Positions 1-10,363 are shown, counted from the stretch's first letter. The stretch is DNA of 33,054 bases from Polyangiaceae bacterium (GCA_035063585.1 JAPSGB010000047.1:1-33054); one strand, 5' to 3'. Notes: generated by a model from the letters alone, not told the origin. Numbers and translations: made by a program.

Positions 1-1
1 G

Positions 2-262
2 GGCTCGGCGCCGAACGGCTCAGGGAAGTGGGGCCAGCAGGACCTGGCGGGAAACGTCTGGGAGTGGGGGCTGGATTGGTACGCGACTCCCTATAACGCC
101 TCATGCAATAATTGTGCCTACGCAACGCCGGCCTCCTACCGGGTGCGCCGGGGCGGCGTCTTCGGCAATGGCGCGTCGGTCCTGCTCTCCCCGTTCCGCA
201 GCGACCGCGGCCCCTCGAATCGCTACAGCGCCCTCGGGGGCCGTTGCGCCAGGACCCCCTAG
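2..262 (+). CDS. 3' end (partial) of FGE-sulfatase/SUMF1 (C-type lectin fold) protein; DGR target gene
   Basis: Frame 2 reads GSAPNGSGKWGQQDLAGNVWEWGLDWY...YRVRRGGVF...RYSALGGRCARTP*. DLAGNVWEW, RVxRGG and GxRCAR are FGE-sulfatase motifs. It is absent from the ORF track because its start is outside the window. Confidence 0.92.
   Translation, partial: GSAPNGSGKWGQQDLAGNVWEWGLDWYATPYNASCNNCAYATPASYRVRRGGVFGNGASVLLSPFRSDRGPSNRYSALGGRCARTP
132..256 (+). repeat. DGR variable repeat (VR)
   Basis: Ungapped 125-bp match to 878-1002 with 20 mismatches, all opposite TR adenines; lies at the C-terminus of the target CDS. Confidence 0.96.
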
Positions 263-270
263 CTGTGAGC

Positions 271-279
271 TGGTATGAT
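271..279 (+). promoter_or_regulatory. Candidate extended -10 promoter (TGgTATGAT) upstream of avd/TR
   Basis: TGnTATGAT in an AT-richer gap about 85 nt upstream of the avd GTG; no properly spaced -35 seen. Confidence 0.4.
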
Positions 280-307
280 TCTTGCTTTGAACGACTCCTC
301 AACTCCC

Positions 308-334
308 CTTGACCCTTGATACTTGAACCCTTGA
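308..334 (+). repeat. Short tandem repeat, CTTGA x4 at 7-8 bp period, downstream of VR
   Basis: CTTGA at 308, 315, 322 and 330. Confidence 0.7.
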
Positions 335-361
335 CCTCCAGCACGAGGAAGTAACCGAGAG

Positions 362-787
362 GTGGCAGCGAGCGAAGACTCCGAGCCGCCGGGTTCCGGG
401 GGCGGAGCCCCCGGTCCGGAGCGGAGCCCGGCGCCGAGCCGGGCTCCGCCGGCCACCCTTGCCCTCCGGCTCGAGGAGGTGACGGGCTGGGTGATGGCGC
501 GCGCGGCGACCATGCCGCAGAAGCATAAATTCACGGTCGGCGACAAACTCGTCGAGACGTGCCTCGAGGTCACCTGCCTCCTCGTCGAGGCGAGTTACAC
601 CCGCGACAAGCTCGCGCTGCTCGCGCGCGCCTCGCGCGGCCTCACCCGCGCGCGCGTCCTCGCCCGCCTCGCGACCCGCGCGCGCGCCCTCTCGCCTGAC
701 CAGCTCGCTCACTTCGAACGGGAGACGGTCGAGGTCGGCCGCATGCTCGGCGGCTGGACGCGGAGCGCCCGGCGGTCGCGGGCGTGA
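362..787 (+). CDS. avd: DGR accessory variability determinant (Avd-like four-helix bundle protein)
   Basis: Basic, helical protein with MPQKHKFTVGDKL and C-terminal EVGRMLGGW, typical of Avd/four-helix-bundle proteins; sits between target and TR. Start codon uncertain. Confidence 0.88.
   Translation: MAASEDSEPPGSGGGAPGPERSPAPSRAPPATLALRLEEVTGWVMARAATMPQKHKFTVGDKLVETCLEVTCLLVEASYTRDKLALLARASRGLTRARVLARLATRARALSPDQLAHFERETVEVGRMLGGWTRSARRSRA
396..449. other. Two GC-rich hairpins/cruciforms downstream of VR
   Basis: CCGGGGGC-GGA-GCCCCCGG (396-414, 8-bp stem) and GCGGAGCCCGGC-GCCGA-GCCGGGCTCCGC (421-449, 12-bp stem). Confidence 0.7.
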
Positions 788-877
788 GCGCTGTCGCGAA
801 GGCGCTGGGTTCACCGGCTCAGCCATGATAAGTTGCTCGCGCGGGTGCTCTCCTAGACCCGCTCGGAAGGACGGGGC

Positions 878-1002
878 CCTCCAACCGGGTGAACCGGGGC
901 GGCGACTTCAACAATGACGCGTCGAACCTGCTCTCCCCGAACCGCAACGACAACAACCCCTCGAATCGCAACAACGACCTCGGGGGCCGTTGCGCCAAGA
1001 CC
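878..1002 (+). ncRNA. DGR template repeat (TR), core of the DGR RNA
   Basis: AAC-rich copy of VR: 31 adenines in 10 AAC, 2 AAT, 4 GAC, 1 AAG and 1 ACC codons in the VR frame; intergenic between avd and RT. Confidence 0.96.
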
Positions 1003-1203
1003 GTGGAACCCCTGCCGGGCAGGGCGCCCAGAGTCGCGTCGCTCTACGGGCGGCGCGAGCGTGACGACCCACAGTCCACCCCGTCCGTCCGGGTGATCGC
1101 GCCTCGGCGCGACCACGAACAGCGCCCGCGGCGAGCGCCGCGGGCCCCCCGCTCCCCGAGCCGCCTCTGGGCCCTTCAGGCCTACGCGGCCGGGGGCGGG
1201 TCT

Positions 1204-2286
1204 TCAGAAGCGGAGTCGCGCGAGCTCACGTTCGCAGAGCGCGCGGGTGTGGCCGTGTCGCGCGTGGGCGAGCCACGCGCGGAGCTGGGCGACGACGTCC
1301 TCGGGCTCGAGCGCGCCCACCTCGAAGAGAGCGCGCGTCGTCGCCATCCGCGCGCGGAACCGCTGGACATTCTCGCGGCGCAGGTGGACGCGGAGCCCGT
1401 CGCCCGTCCGGCGGAAGACGAAGCCGAGGAACGCTATCGGGTCCGTGGTGCGGTGCAGGCGTGTCTTGCCCGGATGGAGCCGCAGCCGGAGCTGCTCGGC
1501 CCGCTCGGCGAGGGCCGCCAGCGCGTCGCGGAGCCGCCCCGGATCGTCGTCGAACACGACGAGGTCGTCCGAGTAGCGAACGAACGTCCCGAGGCCGAGC
1601 CGCCCGGTGAGCAAGTGGTCGAGCGGCGTCAGGTAGGCGTTCGCCCAGATTTGCGAGGTGAGCGAGCCGATGGGGAGCCCGTGCGGTCGAGCGTGCGGCG
1701 TGAAGAGGTCATCGCCGCGAAAATACCAGGCCACGCGCTCGCACTCGACCGGCGCATCGATGAACACGTCGCGGAGCCAGCGCCAGCCTGGCGGGGTGAG
1801 TGGGTCGAGCAGCTCGCGTAGGTGCGCGTGGTCGATGGACGGGAAGAACTTGCGAACATCCAGCCGGAGCGCGAAGCGCTTGACGCGGAAGAGCTCGCCC
1901 GCGCGTCGTAGCGCCCGGTGCGTCCCCTTGCCGCGGCGGCACGCGTAGCTCTGCGGGGCGAACCAGCGCTCGAGCGCCGGCAGCGTCGCGTCGATCAACA
2001 GATGCTGCGCCACGCGATCGCGGAAGGGCAACGCGAAGATGCGGCGGCGCTTCGGCTCCTCTATCCAGAAGGCGCGACCCCGGCTCGGCAGGTAGCGATG
2101 GGTCGCGAGCTCCTCGGCGAGCGCGTCGAGCCGAGGCGCGACGTCGAGCAGGAACATCGCCACTTCCGGGGAGCGCCGCTTGCCCCGCGCGGCTCGCATC
2201 ACGAGCTCCCGGAGCCGGCCGAGGGCCGACTCCACACCTCGCGACTCGTCCCGCATGATTCCGCGCCGGACCGGCATCATCCTCAC
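1204..2286 (-). CDS. DGR reverse transcriptase
   Basis: Motifs AARGKR, EPKRRRIFALPFRDRVAQH, SYACRRGKGTH, LDVRKFFPSIDH, GLPIGSLTSQIWAN (the SQ signature of DGR RTs), RYSDD, FLGF. About 360 aa with no maturase or endonuclease tail. Start may be ATG 2280 or 2256. Confidence 0.95.
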   Translation of the reverse strand: MRMMPVRRGIMRDESRGVESALGRLRELVMRAARGKRRSPEVAMFLLDVAPRLDALAEELATHRYLPSRGRAFWIEEPKRRRIFALPFRDRVAQHLLIDATLPALERWFAPQSYACRRGKGTHRALRRAGELFRVKRFALRLDVRKFFPSIDHAHLRELLDPLTPPGWRWLRDVFIDAPVECERVAWYFRGDDLFTPHARPHGLPIGSLTSQIWANAYLTPLDHLLTGRLGLGTFVRYSDDLVVFDDDPGRLRDALAALAERAEQLRLRLHPGKTRLHRTTDPIAFLGFVFRRTGDGLRVHLRRENVQRFRARMATTRALFEVGALEPEDVVAQLRAWLAHARHGHTRALCERELARLRF

Positions 2287-2369
2287 CCTCTCCCTCCCGA
2301 ACTCTCGCCCGATCCCGTCGAAGCTACCGCGCTCTGCTCGAGAGTTGCACTCTTCGCGCGGAGGAGCAG

Positions 2370-2700
2370 GTGGACGACGAGGACGAGACCGTCCGGCGCG
2401 GGCGCGCGCGGGTCGGCGCCACGCTCCATGGCAAGTGGCGGCTCGACGCGCTGCTCGGCGTGGGCTGGATGGCGTGCGTGCATGCGGCGGCGCACCGGAA
2501 CGCGAAGCGCGCGGCGATCCAGGTGCTCCGCCCGGAGCTGTCGTTCAGCCCGGACATCCGCGCGCGGTTCGTACGGGAGGGCTACGTCGCCAACACGGTC
2601 GCGGACCCCGGCGTCGTCTCGGTGCTCGACGACGACGTCGCGGTGGACGGCGCGGCGTACCTCGTGATGGCGCTGTTAGAGGGCGAGACGGTGCTCGCGC
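2370..2700 (+). pseudogene. Truncated, degenerate Ser/Thr protein kinase N-lobe
   Basis: GKWRLDALLGVGWMACVHAA..AAIQVLRPE..RFVREG..YLVMALLEGETV matches Hanks-type kinase subdomains I-V, but GxGG has become GVGW and the invariant Lys has become Gln. No HRD or DFG follows, and similarity ends near 2700. Confidence 0.8.
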
Positions 2701-2745
2701 TCGCCTCGGCTTGCCGCCCTCCTCGTTCCTGTTACCGTGAGCGTC

Positions 2746-3591
2746 ATGGCGCGCACGAGCGGCATGGATCGCCGGCGGAGGCCGCTGCCCGCGGTGGACG
2801 AGCGGCTCGTGATGCCGGAGACGCGCTACGAGGTGATCGATGGGGAGGTCGTCTACGTGAGCCCCGCGGATCAGCCGCACGGCAGCCGCCACTCGAAGCT
2901 CTCCGCGCTGCTCGAGGCGTATCGCCACCCGGACTTCGACGCGGCGAGCGACATGCTCACGCGCACCTCGGAGAAGGGCGACATGGCGCCAGACGGGAGC
3001 ATCTACCCTTCCGCGCCGGATCCCGAGACGGGCGGCCGGCAGCTCGAGCACCTGGCGTTCGAGGTGGTGAGCACCGAGACGCTCGCGGCCGCGGGCCGAA
3101 AGGCCGCGCGCCTCGTCGAGCGTGGTGTGCGGCGAGTGTTCGCGCTCAACGTGGGGCGCGCCCGGGTGCTCGAGTGGTCGATGTCGACGGGCGCGTGGGA
3201 GATCCTGCCGCGCGACGCGGTCATCTCCGACCGCGCGCTGGCGCTGCCGCTGCCGGTGCACGACCTCGTGGTCGCGGCGCGCGCGGACGACGCGTTGGCG
3301 CGAGCGCTGCTGGCGAAGAAGAACCCGGTGCTGACCGAGGCGCTCGACGCGGCGCGCGGAGCGGGCAAGGCCGAGGGCAAGGTCGAGGGCAAGGCCGAGG
3401 GCAAGGCCGAGGGCAAGGCCGAGGCCGTGCTCGCGGTGCTGCGCGCGCGGAGCATCGAGCTCACCCGCGCCGAAGCGCGCGCGCTGCTGGCCGAGCGCGA
3501 CCCGCGCCGGCTCGAGGCGCTGCTGGCGCGCGCCGCCACCTGCGAGAGCGCGCGGGAGCTCCTGGGAGCGCGGCGCGGCGCGGGCCGGTGA
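2746..3591 (+). CDS. Uma2 family (DUF820) PD-(D/E)xK putative endonuclease
   Basis: RYEVIDGEVVYVSPADQPH, APD, AFEVVS motifs; C-terminal GKAE repeats followed by a helical tail. Start could be 2737, 2746 or 2764. Confidence 0.85.
   Translation: MARTSGMDRRRRPLPAVDERLVMPETRYEVIDGEVVYVSPADQPHGSRHSKLSALLEAYRHPDFDAASDMLTRTSEKGDMAPDGSIYPSAPDPETGGRQLEHLAFEVVSTETLAAAGRKAARLVERGVRRVFALNVGRARVLEWSMSTGAWEILPRDAVISDRALALPLPVHDLVVAARADDALARALLAKKNPVLTEALDAARGAGKAEGKVEGKAEGKAEGKAEAVLAVLRARSIELTRAEARALLAERDPRRLEALLARAATCESARELLGARRGAGR
3364..3423 (+). repeat. Coding tandem repeat, 12 bp x5 (GKAE)
   Basis: GGCAAGGCCGAG x5, with one copy reading GGCAAGGTCGAG. Confidence 0.9.
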
Positions 3592-3652
3592 GGCGCGGGC
3601 CGCGCGCGGTTCCCGGTCGCGCTCACGGGCGCGCTGCGATATCCTCCGTCGA

Positions 3653-4639
3653 ATGCCGCTCCCTGCTCGGTCGCCGTTCAGTCCGCTCACGCTCTGGGGC
3701 TCCGCCGTGGTCGCGCTCGCGCTCGGCGCGTGCACCAGCGCGAACCCGAGCAACGGGTTCGGTGGCGGGTCGGGCGGCGCGTCGGGGCAGCCGGGCACCG
3801 GCGGCTCGGCGGCGTCGAGCGGCACCGGCGGCTCGCCGGGCGGCGGCACCGGCGGCGGCGGGATCGAGCTCGGCGACAGCGGCGGCGGGACGCCCTCCGG
3901 CTGCTCGAAGGAGTCGCAGTTCGTCTACGTCATCGGGCAGGCGGGCATGCTCTACAAGTTCGATCCGCCGAGCCTCGCCTTCACGCAGATCGGGATGGTG
4001 AAGTGTGGGGGGCTCGGCAACACGCCGTACTCGATGGCGGTGGATCGCGAAGCCAACGCCTGGATCGTGACGACGAGCGGGAAGGTCTTCCGCGTCTCTA
4101 CCGCCGACGCCTCGTGCACGCCGACCGGCTACGCCCCGAACCAAGCGGGGGTCGGTACCTTCGGGATGGGCTTCTCCACCGCCGGGCCGGGCAGCACCGT
4201 AGACACGCTCTTCATCGCGGACTCGAACACCGGCTCGAACGCCAAGGGGCTCGGGTTCATCGACACCGCCACGCTCCAGCTGAACGTCATCGGGAACTAC
4301 GACCTCATCAGCGCGCGCGCCGAGCTCACCGGGACCGGTGACGGCCGGCTCTACGCCGCGTTCGAGGGCACGCCGTACGTCGTCGCCGAGCTCGACAAGA
4401 CGAGCGCGCACGTCGTCTCGCAAGCGCCGCAGTCGCAGATCAAGTACGGCGCGGGCCAGTCGAACTTCGCCTTCGCCTTCTGGGGCGGCAGCTTCTGGCT
4501 CTTCGTCGGCCCGGGCACGAGCACCGACGTCTTCGAGTACGACCCCGCGAGCGGCACCACCGCCAAGCGCACGAGCGTGTCCCAGGTGATCGTCGGCGCG
4601 GGCGTGTCCACCTGCGCCCCGCTCGCTCCGCCGAGGTGA
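3653..4639 (+). CDS. Uncharacterised lipoprotein with Gly-rich linker and probable beta-propeller domain
   Basis: Lipobox ALGAC, Gly/Ser linker, then a beta-rich domain (MAVDR, AELTGTGDGRL, FAFAFWGG, GAGVSTCAP); high-GC codon usage. Confidence 0.75.
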   Translation: MPLPARSPFSPLTLWGSAVVALALGACTSANPSNGFGGGSGGASGQPGTGGSAASSGTGGSPGGGTGGGGIELGDSGGGTPSGCSKESQFVYVIGQAGMLYKFDPPSLAFTQIGMVKCGGLGNTPYSMAVDREANAWIVTTSGKVFRVSTADASCTPTGYAPNQAGVGTFGMGFSTAGPGSTVDTLFIADSNTGSNAKGLGFIDTATLQLNVIGNYDLISARAELTGTGDGRLYAAFEGTPYVVAELDKTSAHVVSQAPQSQIKYGAGQSNFAFAFWGGSFWLFVGPGTSTDVFEYDPASGTTAKRTSVSQVIVGAGVSTCAPLAPPR

Positions 4640-4668
4640 GCGAGCGCGCCGTCGCGCGCCTCGCTCGA

Positions 4669-4786
4669 GGGGCTGCCGGTCCGGCGCGGAACCGCGCCGC
4701 GCCGCGCGAGGCGCGCCCGCGCTCGTGCTATTTCTTGCGGCATGATCCCCGGGCACCGCGGTTCCGCGCCGAGCCGACCAACCTCC
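4669..4786. repeat. Palindromic dispersed repeat, copy A
   Basis: Both ends are similar to 11541-11610; perfect 15-bp inverted arms at 4682-4696 and 4757-4771. Confidence 0.6.
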
Positions 4787-5470
4787 CCCTCCCACCTTCA
4801 GCGCCCGCTCGCGCGCGCGCTCTTCGCGGTCGCGCTCGCGGCGGTCGCGACCGGGTGCGGCTCCGGCGATGACGGCTCGCCCGCGAACGAGCTGCCGGCC
4901 TGCTCGACGGTGAAGCGCGCGATCGTGACCGACATCGACGAGACGCTCACCACGAGCGACGCCGAGCTCGTAAACCAGCTCTTCGACGGCACCTACGATC
5001 CGAAGATGCGCGCGGGCGCCGACACCCTCATGCAGGGCTACTCGAAGCGCGGCTACTTCATCTTCTATCTCACCGCGCGCGTGGCGACGATGACCCTCGC
5101 CGGCACCGGCGAGAGCATGACCGACGCGACCGACGAGTGGCTCGAGCGGCACGGCTTCCCGATGAGGTCGGACCGGACCTGGGTCGCGCTCTCGCAGGAG
5201 AACATCGTCGGGAGGGATCCGGCGACCGTCGAGTTCAAGACCCGCGCCATCGAGGCGAAGATGGACGAGGGGTACCGCTTCGAGTTCGCGTACGGCAACG
5301 CGACCACCGACATCGACGCCTACGAGAACGCCGGCATCGCCAAGGCGGACACCTTCATCATCGGCAAGCGCGCCGGGGACGACGGCACGACCGCCATCGC
5401 GGAGGAGGACTACCTCGAGCACGAGCGGTCCCAGCTCCCCGCGGTCGAGACGATCTGCGCCTTTCGATGA
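4742..5470 (+). CDS. HAD-superfamily LNS2/lipin-PITP-like phosphatase, lipoprotein
   Basis: Lipobox VATGC; IVTDIDETLT, YLTAR, K, and AYGNATTDIDAY correspond to HAD motifs I-IV as in LNS2 domains. Confidence 0.75.
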   Translation: MIPGHRGSAPSRPTSPSHLQRPLARALFAVALAAVATGCGSGDDGSPANELPACSTVKRAIVTDIDETLTTSDAELVNQLFDGTYDPKMRAGADTLMQGYSKRGYFIFYLTARVATMTLAGTGESMTDATDEWLERHGFPMRSDRTWVALSQENIVGRDPATVEFKTRAIEAKMDEGYRFEFAYGNATTDIDAYENAGIAKADTFIIGKRAGDDGTTAIAEEDYLEHERSQLPAVETICAFR

Positions 5471-5508
5471 TCTAAGTGTTGGAGTTTACAGAAGAATCTA
5501 AAGAAGAG

Positions 5509-5550
5509 TTGCCGTAACGTAATAATCCGTTCATCCTGATGAGCGGATTA
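5509..5550 (+). promoter_or_regulatory. Candidate promoter overlapped by a palindromic operator
   Basis: TTGCCG(5509)-N17-CATCCT(5532); inverted repeat TAATCCGTTCATC-CT-GATGAGCGGATTA (5523-5550, 12/13 match) ends 1 nt before ATG 5552. Confidence 0.65.
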
Positions 5551-5551
5551 G

Positions 5552-6576
5552 ATGCCCACCGAAGACCACGCCGAGCTCGGGAGCCGGCCCGGGGAGCTCC
5601 CCGCCGCGAGCGAGCGCGCCTCGCTCGACGCCACGCTCGCGCTGCTCGCGCTCTTCGGAGACGGCACGCGCATCCGGCTGATGTCGCTGCTCATCGACGA
5701 GGAGCTCACGGTCGCCGAGCTGGTCGCCATCACGGGCGTGCCGCAGTCGCGCGTCTCGACGCACCTCGGGCGCTTGAAGGACGCCGGCCTGCTCCGCGAT
5801 CGGCGCGTCGGCGCGTCGACCTTCTACGCGGCGCGCGACGCCGGCCTGCCGCCGCTCGCGCGGCGCGTGTGGGAGCTCGTGCGCGCGAGCACTGACGATC
5901 CGCTGCTCGACGCGGATCGCCAGCGGCGCGCCGAGCTGCTCGCGGCGCGGACCGGCGAGGCGTCGTGGCCCGACACCATCGCGGGCGAGATGGATCGCTA
6001 CTATTCGCCGGGGCGCACCTGGGAGGCGACCGCGCGCGGGCTCATCGAGCTCTTCCGGCTCGGCGACGTGCTCGACGTCGGCTCGGGCGACGGCGTGATC
6101 GCCGCGCTGCTCGCGCCGCGCGCCGAGAGCACCACCTGCCTCGATCGGAGCGAGAAGATGATCGCCGCGGCGCGCAAGCGGCTCGCCGCCGCGCCGGGCG
6201 TCCGCTTCGTGGTCGGCGACATGCACGAGCTGCCGTTCCCGGAGCGGAGCTTCGACGTCGTCCTGCTCTTCAACACGCTCACCTACTCGCACCACCCGGC
6301 GCGCGCGCTCGCCGAGGCGGGGCGCGTGCTGCGCCCGGGCGGCACGCTGGTCGCGGTCACCTTGAACGCGCACGAGCACACCCAAGTCACCGCGGCCTAC
6401 AGCCACCTGAACGCGGGGTTCTCGCCCGAGACGCTCACCGAGATGCTCCGCGCCGCGGGCCTCGAGGTGCTCCGCGCGGGGGTCACCTCGCGCGAGCGCC
6501 AGAAGCCGTGGTTCGAGGTGGTGACCGCGTCGGCGACCCGGCCCGACCCCGCGCGAACCCCAGCAAAGAAGACACC

Positions 6577-6580
<4 letters not shown>
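5552..6580 (+). CDS. ArsR-family HTH fused to class I SAM-binding domain (SahR/SamR-like methionine-cycle regulator)
   Basis: N-terminal [31 protein letters not shown]-terminal [28 protein letters not shown] overlap with metH. Confidence 0.88.
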
Positions 6581-10275
<3,695 letters not shown>

Positions 10276-10363
10276 TTCGGCTCGCCGCGCGCGCGCGTTT
10301 GCTGCCCGTGACCGTCCGGCGCACGATTGGAGGGCGGGCCCGGCCCCGCCGAAGTGAGGCGTC

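Larger units (their letters stand above)
2..2286. mobile_element. Diversity-generating retroelement cassette: target(VR)-avd-TR on +, RT on -
   Basis: All four core components are present within 2.3 kb. Confidence 0.95.

Noticed and set aside
112..312. 66-aa ORF over VR
   Set aside because: Wrong frame; the real CDS is the FGE-domain frame ending at 262.
889..1821. 310-aa + strand ORF beginning with Asn-rich MNRGGDFNND...
   Set aside because: It is the TR read in the VR frame running on into the antisense of the RT gene; not a credible protein.
1204..2286. RT as group II intron, retron or CRISPR-associated RT
   Set aside because: No maturase/endonuclease extension, no retron VTG motif and no cas genes; the SQ motif, avd and TR/VR pair identify it as DGR.
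3364..3423. Tandem repeat as CRISPR or contingency locus
   Set aside because: In-frame 12-bp GKAE coding repeat with no spacers, typical of this protein tail.
2370..4001. 543-aa kinase-like ORF
   Set aside because: Only the first ~110 aa are kinase-like; the rest is out-of-frame read-through over the Uma2 and lipoprotein genes.
5471..5551. SAM or cobalamin riboswitch upstream of the metH operon
   Set aside because: The gap is only about 80 bp and lacks recognisable riboswitch cores; a protein-bound operator fits better.
5965..6576. N-terminal extension of MetH in the ORF track
   Set aside because: Overlaps the regulator gene in another frame; MetH homology starts at ATG 6577.
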